Origin: an uncultured virus (IMG/VR IMGVR_UViG_3300038365_000169)
Taxonomy: Duplodnaviria > Heunggongvirae > Uroviricota > Caudoviricetes
Virus record (IMG/VR): IMGVR_UViG_3300038365_000169
Strand: one strand, 5' to 3'
DNA: 64,000 bases
Shown: in pieces, positions 1 through 9,274 of the stretch
Layout: every line of letters starts with the position of its first letter
Numbering within the stretch: the stretch's first letter is position 1
Program-made: the position numbers and the translations under genes
The notes under the pieces: model-generated
Database searches by the model: none
What the model was told of the DNA's origin: nothing
The model's input: the letters and a program-made list of their open reading frames with translations, nothing else

Positions 1-804
1 CGTCTTGCCCTAACTGTGGACGGCCACCTCACCTACTGCACCGCATCAGAGGAGAGAATCGGCAAGGGCCGATGCAACCATGTCACCCATCAAAGGGACA
101 ACGAAAGCCAGCAGCAGTTTGTGGAGCGCATCAGCATACTGGAGGCTGATGACGTAAAGCGCGTCAAGCAGGAGCAGAAGGCTGTTGCCAAGAGCAACCA
201 GGGCATACTCAGCTGGATCAAAAACCTAGGCTCCCCAAGGGTTCCAGCATCACTGGAGGCTGACAAGAGCCTTTCCGAGCAGGAGAGGCGTCTTGCAGCT
301 GACCGCTTATTGGCCGCCAAGTTCGAAAGGCTGGACCTGGAGGGCGAGGGTGAACCAGAGCCCCTGGTGGACCATGAGTCTGTGGTGATAGACATTGAGT
401 CCAGGTTTGTCAACTTCTTTTACGACGAAACGCACTATGTGCATCTGACCCATATGCGTTCCTGCGACACACCGGAGGAGAACATGGAGGCCATCAAGCA
501 GGCGGTGCAGGAGATCACACTATGGAACGAATGGGGTTTTGACAAGATTGCCGTTCAACTGCAGCTGCTGCATGGGTTCATACTTGACCCAGAGGTGCAT
601 GCCGAGATCAAGGGCATAGGGGTCGGGTTGGAGTTTGAGTACTATGACTTCAGAAACCCCGAGTTAAACAAGATTGCCGCCAAGTTTGAGGAAATAAGGG
701 ACCAACTCCCCATCATGGTGGACCATGTCACACCTGCCGCCATAGACCAGCTGCATGGCGCTCTTTTGGCTGCCGGCCTTCTGGAGCAGCTTGCGGGTCT
801 ATAG
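1..804 (+). CDS. Hypothetical protein with N-terminal Cys/His tag shared with RNAP set-2 subunits (probably 5'-partial)
   Basis: Frame is open from base 1: RLALTVDGHLTYCTASEERIGKGRCNHVTHQ, matching the N-termini of 24101..26416 and 21799..23991. Confidence 0.75.
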   Translation, partial: RLALTVDGHLTYCTASEERIGKGRCNHVTHQRDNESQQQFVERISILEADDVKRVKQEQKAVAKSNQGILSWIKNLGSPRVPASLEADKSLSEQERRLAADRLLAAKFERLDLEGEGEPEPLVDHESVVIDIESRFVNFFYDETHYVHLTHMRSCDTPEENMEAIKQAVQEITLWNEWGFDKIAVQLQLLHGFILDPEVHAEIKGIGVGLEFEYYDFRNPELNKIAAKFEEIRDQLPIMVDHVTPAAIDQLHGALLAAGLLEQLAGL

Positions 805-1053
805 CTTCATCGCTTCCTCCAGGGTGACCCCATACTCCTCCAGCAGAAACTGCTCTGCTTCGTCCATAAAGTTGTCTACTGCGTCATTTATCATGGCGTT
901 TCTGGATATGCTGGTGCCGTTAATCCTGGCAACAGCCTCCTTTATGGCGTCCAAATGTTCGATAGCATCCTCCTTTAGATAAACGGCAACCTGCTTGCTT
1001 TTGCCCTTGCGCTCCATCTCCATAAGGTTTTTCAAGCTCTTCTCCAGAACCAT
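799..1053 (-). CDS. Ribbon-helix-helix (CopG/Arc-like) DNA-binding protein
   Basis: 84 aa; KQVAVYLKEDAIEHLDAI...ISRNAMINDAV strand-helix-helix pattern. Confidence 0.55.
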   Translation of the reverse strand: MVLEKSLKNLMEMERKGKSKQVAVYLKEDAIEHLDAIKEAVARINGTSISRNAMINDAVDNFMDEAEQFLLEEYGVTLEEAMKL

Positions 1054-1205
1054 TCACCTGCCCTTCATTATTTCTTAATAGTTCATTGTATTGGCCTGAT
1101 GTTAAACGACCAATGAATGCAATATTACGTAGATTTTAACCTTATATTTGCTGATATATACCTTGCTCTGATGGTTTTAGGTGATGCTCTGACGAACCAT
1201 TTGCA

Positions 1206-1643
1206 TTATTCAACTTCGAGTTCAACCTCTCTACGTATGCGAAGCCTCGTGTTCACACTAAGGCTGTTTGACTGTATTACGCCAGGTATGATCGAAGCGT
1301 CATTTCTCTGGGTGGCAAGAATGCAATGCATGCCGGAGCTTCTTCCCAGCTGTGTGATGGACTTTATCAGTCCAACGATCTCCTGCTTTAGTGCATCCTC
1401 CTCCTTGCCCTCAAGGGTCTTTACCCCGGAGGGTTCTATGAGCTCCGCACACTCGTCCAGCACGCATAGGCACCTGGGGCCGATGTCGTCCGAATATACC
1501 CTTCTGTACTGCGTCTTCCCCAGTGGTACAAAATTTTCGCACCCGGGAAGCCGTATCTGAAGGCCTAAAGGTTTTATCCTCTTTACATGCTCCGCTTGAT
1601 CAACCTCTGCTTCTCTCTTGCTCTTGAGACCAAACATTAGCAT
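1206..1643 (-). CDS. FtsK/SpoIIIE-like ATPase fragment (Walker B part) with intein-N-like C-terminal tail
   Basis: LCVLDE Walker B; QLGRSSGMHCILATQR FtsK motif; no Walker A; ends IQSN-SLSVNTRLRIRREVELEVE*. Confidence 0.75.
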   Translation of the reverse strand: MLMFGLKSKREAEVDQAEHVKRIKPLGLQIRLPGCENFVPLGKTQYRRVYSDDIGPRCLCVLDECAELIEPSGVKTLEGKEEDALKQEIVGLIKSITQLGRSSGMHCILATQRNDASIIPGVIQSNSLSVNTRLRIRREVELEVE

Positions 1644-2062
1644 TCACCTCCTTTTAACATACATTTAAGCATCTGCTTGAATTTTCTTTCGCCAACCGTA
1701 TATGACTTTGGATCACAGTTTGGGAACAATATAAGGCTGCCGTCTAGCAATATGCTGTACTGCTTAAAAACTTTGTCATATATTAATACCACATCCTCTG
1801 GACTGCTGGATGAGTATCTTTCAAAAATGTACTTAACTGCAAAATTGCGGTCATCTATATCCCTTAAAAGTAAGTTGCTTCCCACCGCAACCTCTAAAAA
1901 TTTTACAACCCTCTTGGCAAACTTGGATAACCTGTCCATGCTAATTTTCTTGATAACCCATTGAACCACTAGGGTGGCAACAGAGCCTAGAACCACCAAT
2001 AAAAGGTCCTTTAATATCTCTAAGTCAAAATTTTGTGCAATAAAATTTAACAATGACCTCAT
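1637..2062 (-). CDS. Hypothetical membrane-anchored protein (AT-rich)
   Basis: 141 aa, one hydrophobic segment near N-terminus, overlaps neighbours in operon. Confidence 0.55.
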   Translation of the reverse strand: MRSLLNFIAQNFDLEILKDLLLVVLGSVATLVVQWVIKKISMDRLSKFAKRVVKFLEVAVGSNLLLRDIDDRNFAVKYIFERYSSSSPEDVVLIYDKVFKQYSILLDGSLILFPNCDPKSYTVGERKFKQMLKCMLKGGEC

Positions 2063-2506
2063 CTACATCTTCCCCACCATCTCAAATCTTCCGTCCAAAA
2101 GTACAGGTGCCATTAAGCCATTTATTTCGTCCTTAAACACCATTTGAGTGATTGGTTTGCACAGATAAATGCCCTTTCCGTGTAAGTATGCGTCATACAT
2201 CTCAAGGAAGGTAGCACCGCCAATATAGCCTGATTCTGGTTCGTCTTCGAAGTTTACCACCAGAACAGCATCACATGCTAGAATTTTCTGGTGGTTTTCT
2301 TGATGCATAAGCCTTTTGAAGACAAGATGACCCTCAACTCCCCTATTTTTGGCCTCAAACTCAGCATAGGGGTTTTCAATGCTGTTGGGCAGCTGAACTT
2401 GATGACCGTTGGCCTCAAGAATCTGCACAACAAAACCCACATGTTTGTAGTTTTTCTTGCTGCATATGACAAATATGTTCAATGTGTTACCTCCTTTCAC
2501 ACGCAT
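2063..2506 (-). CDS. Nucleoside 2-deoxyribosyltransferase-like protein
   Basis: ILACDAVLVVN...GYIGGATFLEMYDAYLHGKGI pattern typical of this fold. Confidence 0.55.
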   Translation of the reverse strand: MRVKGGNTLNIFVICSKKNYKHVGFVVQILEANGHQVQLPNSIENPYAEFEAKNRGVEGHLVFKRLMHQENHQKILACDAVLVVNFEDEPESGYIGGATFLEMYDAYLHGKGIYLCKPITQMVFKDEINGLMAPVLLDGRFEMVGKM

Positions 2507-2518
2507 GGCATGTTACCT

Positions 2519-2734
2519 TTACACTAAAGCGTGCAGAACTCCCTCATTTAGGGCGGCCAGGTTTCTCTCCACCAGGCTGTATACAAGCTCCCCGGCATAG
2601 TTGGGAGAAACCTGTAGATGCTTTCCTAGCTCGTTAATGCCGATTCTGTTGTCAAATTCCTTGATGCACATGAGCGCCACCACTGCCTCCGGTCGGAGGT
2701 TGGACACCCTGGCAGCTATCATTCCGTAGTCCAT
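2519..2734 (-). CDS. Small winged helix-turn-helix protein
   Basis: IGINELGKHLQVSPNYAGELVYSLVERNL. Confidence 0.55.
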   Translation of the reverse strand: MDYGMIAARVSNLRPEAVVALMCIKEFDNRIGINELGKHLQVSPNYAGELVYSLVERNLAALNEGVLHALV

Positions 2735-2755
2735 TTCAAAAATGCACCCCTTTCA

Positions 2756-3571
2756 TTATAGTACGTCCACCATTTGGTCCACCCATATGGCCTTGCCGCC
2801 ACCGGTGGAACCTAGCGTTAGGCACTGCGGTGCGGATGGTAGCCTTAATGTTTCCGCATGCTCCCCATCCTCTGAAATGTAGCTGCTGAATCCCATTTCC
2901 TTCTGGTCAGCAAGGTTCCAGCATATCTCCACATTGCCGCCGCCTAAACCCAAAGGTATCCATCCGGCAGGTCTGTAGTCACTGCCTGGAAAGTTGGCTA
3001 TGGAAGGTGGCTTGGGGAGGCCCTTATAGATTAGCTGCCTGTTTGGTGCGTCATGCTCGCTCGTCCACTGCAGCTCGGGAAAGTACTTGTTTAGGCTGTA
3101 CTGCGTGTATATGATGCTGTTGTCGTTTATCTTTAGCCCCGGAACGGAGGTGTCAATTACGATGCTGTTCACCACATGAATCTTCCTGTCCTCCTCAAAT
3201 TTGAAGGGGGTGTTGGCAAAGTCGATATCCTCCACACCTACCGCTCCAAAAATGTCCGCCATGGACTGGTATAGCTTGATGATTTGGTCGTGCTCATGCT
3301 GTATCTTCTTCTCGCGGTTGTTGTTCACTATGATAAGTACCATCAGATAGACCGCTCCAACCACCAGTGAGACCAACAGCATCCTGCCCTGAAATAGCGG
3401 TATCTTGGGCAGCAAAATCTGAAAAAGTATGGATGAGACAAAACACAGGAATATCACCAAAGAGTCGCTTCTGCCAAACTCTAGGGTGCTGTCCGTTGGT
3501 GCTGCCTCATTCTTCTTGTTGGTGATGGTCACTGTGAGCAGCAGTGCCAGCACAAATAGTGCAACTATCAT
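2756..3571 (-). CDS. Membrane-anchored FtsK/SpoIIIE (TcpA-like) N-terminal fragment ending at Walker A plus 11-aa intein-N-like tail
   Basis: 3 TM segments; WIPLGLG; PQCLTLGSTGGGK then AIWVDQMVDVL-stop. Confidence 0.7.
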   Translation of the reverse strand: MIVALFVLALLLTVTITNKKNEAAPTDSTLEFGRSDSLVIFLCFVSSILFQILLPKIPLFQGRMLLVSLVVGAVYLMVLIIVNNNREKKIQHEHDQIIKLYQSMADIFGAVGVEDIDFANTPFKFEEDRKIHVVNSIVIDTSVPGLKINDNSIIYTQYSLNKYFPELQWTSEHDAPNRQLIYKGLPKPPSIANFPGSDYRPAGWIPLGLGGGNVEICWNLADQKEMGFSSYISEDGEHAETLRLPSAPQCLTLGSTGGGKAIWVDQMVDVL

Positions 3572-3610
3572 CTCTGTTCATCTCACCTCCGCTTAAAAAT
3601 AAAGCACACA

Positions 3611-4417
3611 TCACTGCATGATGTGCCTAAGTACCTCCTCCGTGAGGCCCTTTAGGTACTGGTCCTCAGCTTTCTGCTCAAGGCACTCCTGAACCAGCTG
3701 CTTGAACAATGGGTTGCTGCTGTCGGTTTTGCCGTCCACATACTGCATCATCAGCTGCTTGGCGTACTCCTTCGTGTATATCTTGCTCTCATGTGTTTCC
3801 ACAAGATTCAGAATGGTCTGCTTGCACACATAGTCGAGAACCTTTAGCGCAATGTCTCCCTCAACCTGCTGCATTGGTACCTTCACAAAAACCTCAGGTT
3901 GATGTGATTCGATATGCTCCTCTTGCCCCTTTTGCTGCTCGGCTTGTACCTCCACCTCTGGTTCCACCAAAGGTGGTCTGCCACGAGGTCTCTTCGGTTC
4001 CTCAGGTAGCTCAGGTAGCTTGGGGTCTGGATCTGGTGCAACCACAACTGGCCTGCCTCGACCGCGACGAACTGGTTCGCCTTGATCCACATCCAGTAAG
4101 CCCTTTACCTTTGTGATGTCGTCTAGACCCTGCTCGCCATCATCCGCTTGATTTAAGGCCACTGGGTCAACATGGGTTTGCACCAGTTGCTCCCTTTTGC
4201 CGACCTGAATTTGGGCGTCCTGCTCCCTTTTGGCGGCCATGGCGGCAAGAAGGTCAACGTCCTCCTCATCCTCTATTGGTACCAGGCTGCCGTCCAATAC
4301 GTCCTCTATTGGCAGCCCGTCAGCATCTGGGTTGTTGCCGTAGTCCAAACCTGGACGCTGAACCATCTTGGGTTCCTTGGATGGGTCCAGCTTCTGCATA
4401 AATTTTTCGTTTGGCAA
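3611..4417 (-). CDS. Acidic protein with two AT-hook motifs
   Basis: RRGRGRP and KRPRGRPP in an acidic, Pro-rich region. Confidence 0.6.
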   Translation of the reverse strand: MPNEKFMQKLDPSKEPKMVQRPGLDYGNNPDADGLPIEDVLDGSLVPIEDEEDVDLLAAMAAKREQDAQIQVGKREQLVQTHVDPVALNQADDGEQGLDDITKVKGLLDVDQGEPVRRGRGRPVVVAPDPDPKLPELPEEPKRPRGRPPLVEPEVEVQAEQQKGQEEHIESHQPEVFVKVPMQQVEGDIALKVLDYVCKQTILNLVETHESKIYTKEYAKQLMMQYVDGKTDSSNPLFKQLVQECLEQKAEDQYLKGLTEEVLRHIMQ

Positions 4418-4459
4418 GACTTAACCTCCCTTCGCTAGTGCCGCTTGGCATCATTAGCT

Positions 4460-4843
4460 TTAAAATTTGTTGTAAAATACGCTGTTTAAAATGCGTAGGT
4501 CGTTCTTGCAGAAGTCTATCTGCTGGTTTATCATGCTCATGCCAGCTGCAAGAGCCTTCTGCTGTGCCTCTAAGGCCACATATTCGTTATCAGAGGACAG
4601 AAGGGTGTTTACCCTGGTGTTCTCGGTGGCGGCCCTCTCTGTGGCCCTCTTGGCGATCTCGGATATCTCCCGTGTGACCTCCATGTACTTGCCCTGTATG
4701 TCGTCAAGCAGCTCCAGAAGCTGATGCCAGCTCTTTCTTGACTTGTTTATCTGCTCCTGCAGCAGTGTGCGGTCGTTGACGTCCAGCTCGTCATAGTTTA
4801 TCTTGTGCTGTTCAACGCCGTAGCTGACCAACCAGTTTAGCAT
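4460..4843 (-). CDS. Coiled-coil protein, possibly UvsY-like recombination mediator
   Basis: 127 aa, helical; VNTLLSSDNEY...IDFCK loosely recalls T4 UvsY; good RBS. Confidence 0.35.
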   Translation of the reverse strand: MLNWLVSYGVEQHKINYDELDVNDRTLLQEQINKSRKSWHQLLELLDDIQGKYMEVTREISEIAKRATERAATENTRVNTLLSSDNEYVALEAQQKALAAGMSMINQQIDFCKNDLRILNSVFYNKF

Positions 4844-4881
4844 GATGCGTCACCTCCTTCATCTTTCTAGCAGATCTGGAC

Positions 4882-5100
4882 CTATTTCCAGGGCAGCTGT
4901 ACGTTGACCAGAATGACGGCTGCTAAGATGAGAACGCCGATGGCAATGCCAACTATGATCAGTGCTTTGTTTGCTGCTTTGTTCTGGAAAAGCTTCGGGC
5001 CGGTGCTTTCCTCTTCGACCTTCTTCACGTAGCTGGAGCTTTCCTCCTGGATTTTGGGGTTCTCCTCCCCATTGCTTTGCTTGTTCAGCTTCAATGCCAT
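4882..5100 (-). CDS. Small protein with C-terminal TM helix
   Basis: ALIIVGIAIGVLILAAVILV; RBS AAAGGAG. Confidence 0.6.
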   Translation of the reverse strand: MALKLNKQSNGEENPKIQEESSSYVKKVEEESTGPKLFQNKAANKALIIVGIAIGVLILAAVILVNVQLPWK

Positions 5101-5118
5101 TTTGATTTTCTCCTTTCA

Positions 5119-5670
5119 TTATGTGACTATTTCAAAGGAATTTTCCTTTTGGTCCCCTTTTTTGTTACGTTCCCTCTTGCCAAGGTTTAGAACGTCCAAA
5201 GTTGCCTCTTCCTCCTCAGCTCCCTCCTTGGATAGGTTGAAAAGCCCTGCAGCCTCCTCCTGTTGCATCTGCTCCATTCCCTTGACGTCAGAGCTCTCCT
5301 CGGCATCTATGTCGATTAAACCTAACATTTTGTCACCGGGCTTGGGTGGCTGTATGTCCATCTCCTCAGGCATTGGGCTGTTATACCTTCTGAAGTCCTG
5401 AAGAACGACATTTTCAACCACCTCCTCTGTGTCCGGAAGTTCGATGGAGGACATCTCTATGTGCATCCTGCGGCATTCATCCTCAAGCTTGGCGTTGCGT
5501 GCCTTTAACCTTTCGCACTCTTGAACCTTCTCCACCAAACGTTCGTTTAAACGCCCTATAACGTCCTCATACTGCTCAATGGCTTTTTCCACCTCAGGCG
5601 GGTAGTAGCCCCAATCCCTGGACTTGGAAAACTTGACGTAATTCTCAGGTTTTAGTTTCATACCACCCAT
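5119..5670 (-). CDS. DivIVA/GpsB-like coiled-coil protein
   Basis: N-terminal FSKSRDWGYYPPEVEKAIEQ resembles DivIVA F-x-K-x-x-RGY-x-x-x-EVD, followed by coiled coil. Confidence 0.6.
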   Translation of the reverse strand: MGGMKLKPENYVKFSKSRDWGYYPPEVEKAIEQYEDVIGRLNERLVEKVQECERLKARNAKLEDECRRMHIEMSSIELPDTEEVVENVVLQDFRRYNSPMPEEMDIQPPKPGDKMLGLIDIDAEESSDVKGMEQMQQEEAAGLFNLSKEGAEEEEATLDVLNLGKRERNKKGDQKENSFEIVT

Positions 5671-5703
5671 CCTTTCGCTATTATATATTAAGCCCCACTT
5701 GAG

Positions 5704-6927
5704 CTAGCTCATGATCTGGTCCAACGCTGCGTTCACCTTTTGGTTCTTGTCAAATACGTCCCATTCGCTGTAAAATTCCGCTCTTTGCACGGAGTCAGTG
5801 ATGACCCCAAAGGTGGCTACAACATTGGCCTGCTCGGATAGCATGTTGTAAATGGTCTTGTTCATGGGGTTTCCAGGAAGCATCTGGGTGATGACTATGT
5901 TGAGGTGCGGAGCAATCTCGTCGTCGGGTGAAAATACATTTCTGCCCTGCTCGTCCTTAGATGATATTTCGCCCTTTAAACGCCCAATTTGCTTGGTCAC
6001 AGAGTTTACGCTCTTGATGGAGGTGGTGGTGATCAGTATGATCTTGTCAGCACACTTGTAGACGTAGCTGATGGGTCGAAGGTTTACATAGTCAATCCCC
6101 GTGTCAAATACCACCACATCATAGTTTTCGATGCAGTTGCTGATGACGTTTAACCAGAATGCATCGTCATTTATTCTGGAGTTGTTGCTGGGTGCTAGAT
6201 AGAAGTCTACGTTCTGTGGGAACGCCTTGGGCCCATGCACGCAGAACTCACGCATGGTGCGGAAGTCCTTATAGCCCTTCTGATACTCGGTATAGTACTT
6301 TCGAATGGTGGGTTGCACCTTGTGGATGGAAATGCCCACCTGGCCGTCAATGATGTCAAAGTCAATTAATGCAATCTTTTGATGGGGATGTGTTTTGGCG
6401 TACCTGTAGGTGCTGATGATGGCTGTGAAGGTCTTGCCTGTACCGCCCTTGGATGAGCCAAACACAAATACCTTAGCGCCCTGCCCGCCAGAGCTGGAGG
6501 TGGAATCCACCAAAAGGCTCTTGATTTCCTTCTCCATGTCTCCGCTGTCAACCTCATCCTGCACGCCGAACCCCATGTCGGGAATTTCGATGCGTGATGC
6601 CTGCTTTGCCTCCTGATTGCCTCCGCCCACTGATGGTGCTGCTACAGGCTGTGATGTGGGTTGCCCGGCTGCATATGTGCTCCAGTCCTGAATTCTGGCA
6701 GGATCGCACCAGTTTGGGCAGGCGCCGGTTAGGGAGAAAAATCCGATTTGTTCGTCCCCAGCCTCTGCACAGTCCATATATACATCCTCATTCATGTCAT
6801 GAATGTTGATCATCAATTTGTCATTGACGTCCAGTCCCTCCTCAGAGAAAGCCTGACGGACGAAATCATCATATGACAAATGCCTTTCATTTCTGCCCTT
6901 GACGGCATTCCTGGATACAATGATCAT
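5704..6927 (-). CDS. MinD/ParA-family ATPase (CpaE/TadZ-like pilus localisation protein)
   Basis: Deviant Walker A SSKGGTGKT, LIDFD, VVVFDTG; adjacent to CpaB-like gene. Confidence 0.75.
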   Translation of the reverse strand: MIIVSRNAVKGRNERHLSYDDFVRQAFSEEGLDVNDKLMINIHDMNEDVYMDCAEAGDEQIGFFSLTGACPNWCDPARIQDWSTYAAGQPTSQPVAAPSVGGGNQEAKQASRIEIPDMGFGVQDEVDSGDMEKEIKSLLVDSTSSSGGQGAKVFVFGSSKGGTGKTFTAIISTYRYAKTHPHQKIALIDFDIIDGQVGISIHKVQPTIRKYYTEYQKGYKDFRTMREFCVHGPKAFPQNVDFYLAPSNNSRINDDAFWLNVISNCIENYDVVVFDTGIDYVNLRPISYVYKCADKIILITTTSIKSVNSVTKQIGRLKGEISSKDEQGRNVFSPDDEIAPHLNIVITQMLPGNPMNKTIYNMLSEQANVVATFGVITDSVQRAEFYSEWDVFDKNQKVNAALDQIMS

Positions 6928-7050
6928 ATACTACCTTCCTTTCTGTATGCATTCCTTCCTGAGCCAGGAAAGATAGCTCCCTAAAATTTTCATGCTGCCT
7001 ATAAGACAGAAACCTTAGCCCAAATGAAGCTCAAGATTTAGGCAAAGCTC

Positions 7051-8088
7051 CTAGGGTGATGATGTTACAGGAGGTGACTCCTGAGGGTTGTTTTCTTCAT
7101 TCTGCTCCTGTGTGTCTAATTCGAGGTTGCTGCTAGTGGAGGGTGATGTCTGTGGTTGTTCCCACCTGTACCCGTTTTCCTCCATCCATTTCTTCTTGGC
7201 CTCTTCAAGCTTCTTTAGCTTCTCTTCGTCCAAATTGCGCACCACCTGGCCGTCATCACCAGTGATTTCCTTCACAATGCTCTGACCCTGAGCGTCCATA
7301 AGACCCTGAATTTCGGAGTATGTCATGAGGTCCAATAGCGGAGGATTCTCGTTGTTCCATACCGGTGCAAGGTTCATCCATAGCTCAAGATATTTCTGGG
7401 ATAAAACTAACTTTTGGTAGTCTGCATAGCTTAATGCGACAATATAGTATGCGTCACCAGAGTTGCTGTCATCCTCGGTGATGGCCGCTAGCATGTTGTT
7501 GTCCTCACTGGATAGGCTGGAGTCTGTCTCCAGTATCTTTACGTTGGCAAGAATCCAATATACCTGCAACCCGTCCGCTCCATATGAATGCTCGGCAACT
7601 GGCCCCAAAGCATCCTTCATTCTGTACAGTGAGTCCCCGGTGGAGGTTCCTGCTGATGACCCGGTGGTCCTCTGTACCCCTAAAATGTCCACTGTGTCAC
7701 CTGCTGTGATTAATCCGCCAACCGCCCTTTCGTTGGGCATGCTGATGGCTGTTACAATATAGTCGTCAGGTACTGACACGCCGTATACAACGTCATCCCA
7801 TGATATCATGACGTCAGTCATGTATAGAAACTGCCCTGGTTGTGCGTTAATTTTTAGCTTCTGCCCCACCATGGATGATATGTCCGTGATATAGCCGGTT
7901 GGTGTGTTCACAGGTACCTGTATGACGCTCAGCATGGATGCGTCAATGCGCTCGCCGGCACGTATCTCCTGGCTGGGAACCACAGCGTTCACCGTTCGCG
8001 TGGAGCGAACTAGGACGAAGCTGACCACGCCAAAAAGAATCGCTCCCACCAGCAGCAGGCTGATGAAAAGATAGTTCTTACGCTTCAT
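7051..8088 (-). CDS. Flp pilus assembly CpaB/RcpC-like SAF-domain protein
   Basis: N-terminal TM; SAF-like EIRAGERIDASML; AVGGLITAGDTVDILG typical of CpaB. Confidence 0.75.
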   Translation of the reverse strand: MKRKNYLFISLLLVGAILFGVVSFVLVRSTRTVNAVVPSQEIRAGERIDASMLSVIQVPVNTPTGYITDISSMVGQKLKINAQPGQFLYMTDVMISWDDVVYGVSVPDDYIVTAISMPNERAVGGLITAGDTVDILGVQRTTGSSAGTSTGDSLYRMKDALGPVAEHSYGADGLQVYWILANVKILETDSSLSSEDNNMLAAITEDDSNSGDAYYIVALSYADYQKLVLSQKYLELWMNLAPVWNNENPPLLDLMTYSEIQGLMDAQGQSIVKEITGDDGQVVRNLDEEKLKKLEEAKKKWMEENGYRWEQPQTSPSTSSNLELDTQEQNEENNPQESPPVTSSP

Positions 8089-8104
8089 TCAATAAACTCC
8101 TTCC

Positions 8105-8764
8105 CTAGGCTATAACGTCATAGCCCTTTGATGTGATGGTGATCAGGCTGCTGTAGTTGCTGCTGCCAGCATGCCAGTTAAATACACCCAATGGGTTCAT
8201 CACCTTAAACTCCACTGATACTGATATTACGGCATTTGCGGCAATTTTGGCCCCAGTCTGCCCGGAGCCAAAGTTTAGCGGTTTGCTGCTTTGAACCGTA
8301 ATTTTGTCCACTTGGACATATGGGAGTATGAACTGGTCGCCAATCATATTCAAGGTGCCGTCCCTGCCCGTAATGTCCAGTGCAAAGTATGTACCGGCAC
8401 GCAGATACCTGCTCTCCGGTATGCATACCACCTGGCCTTCCGTTAAAAATTGGCCCGGAATCTGCTCGGCATACCTGCTCTGTGGTCCCTCCTGCATCTT
8501 GCATGTGTATATCTGCGGAAATATGTAGTTTCCGGAGCCTGGATTGTAGTAGGTGTCCACAGCTACCTGATAGCCTGACTGACGCATGTTCATTTGATGG
8601 GCTATCGAGGTGGCGATGTTGCCGTATGCTATATAGGCGAGCACCATAAACAAAAAGTACAGCAGAAGCAGAAAGGTGCCAAAAATAAGCGGTAAAAGAA
8701 TGGTGGTCTCTATCGCTGTGCTGCCGTCATGTTCCTCCTTTAGAAGCTTTTTAAGATTGTTCAT
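8105..8764 (-). CDS. TadE/TadG-like pseudopilin
   Basis: EEHDG|STAIETTILLPLIF prepilin cleavage pattern with E at +5 and hydrophobic helix. Confidence 0.7.
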   Translation of the reverse strand: MNNLKKLLKEEHDGSTAIETTILLPLIFGTFLLLLYFLFMVLAYIAYGNIATSIAHQMNMRQSGYQVAVDTYYNPGSGNYIFPQIYTCKMQEGPQSRYAEQIPGQFLTEGQVVCIPESRYLRAGTYFALDITGRDGTLNMIGDQFILPYVQVDKITVQSSKPLNFGSGQTGAKIAANAVISVSVEFKVMNPLGVFNWHAGSSNYSSLITITSKGYDVIA

Positions 8765-9258
8765 AGCAACCTCCCAGCCTTCATTATTGAGGTAACACTC
8801 ACCTGCATGGACAAACCAATGCCTCCCCTTTCCAAGGAGTCATACATGTTAAAGTTTGTACCATTGGTGGGGTTGTTAACTATCCCAATGCCTCTCCAGA
8901 AGGGCGGCAAGTGATAGACAATCCTAACGGTCACGAGGTCACCATCATTCGCTATTTTAGCGGGTGACCCAGTAATGGTTGCATTAAACTCTGGAACTAT
9001 TAGATTCAGCTGGCTTTGTGCGTTGTCAACCAGCTTAGCGCCTCCCACGTTAACCCTGTAGGCGTTTGTGTCCATGCCGCCCCACCTGGCAGCCTCCGCA
9101 GCAGTGGAGGTCATCACCGTGTTCATGAATCTTTGCCCGTTCATCACCATCATGGCGAAAAGAATCAAAAAGAAAAAGGCAAACATCATCACCAGGGTGC
9201 ATAGCACCTCAAACGTTACCGCAAACCCCGCGTGCTCCTCCTGCAAAACTTTTCTCAT
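8761..9258 (-). CDS. TadE-like pseudopilin
   Basis: EEHAG|FAVTFE..., TM helix, AAEAARWGG, VTVRIVY. Confidence 0.7.
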   Translation of the reverse strand: MRKVLQEEHAGFAVTFEVLCTLVMMFAFFFLILFAMMVMNGQRFMNTVMTSTAAEAARWGGMDTNAYRVNVGGAKLVDNAQSQLNLIVPEFNATITGSPAKIANDGDLVTVRIVYHLPPFWRGIGIVNNPTNGTNFNMYDSLERGGIGLSMQVSVTSIMKAGRLL

Positions 9259-9274
9259 GCCGTCACCTCCTCAC

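Noticed and set aside
1510..1643. IntC fragment at the start of the Walker B ORF (VKRIKPLG...IRLPGCENFV)
   Set aside because: Loosely resembles intein block F but has no terminal (H)N/Q followed by C/S/T; too weak to call
4001..4020. Short direct repeat CTCAGGTAG x2
   Set aside because: Encodes the LPELPE low-complexity linker; not an iteron or CRISPR repeat
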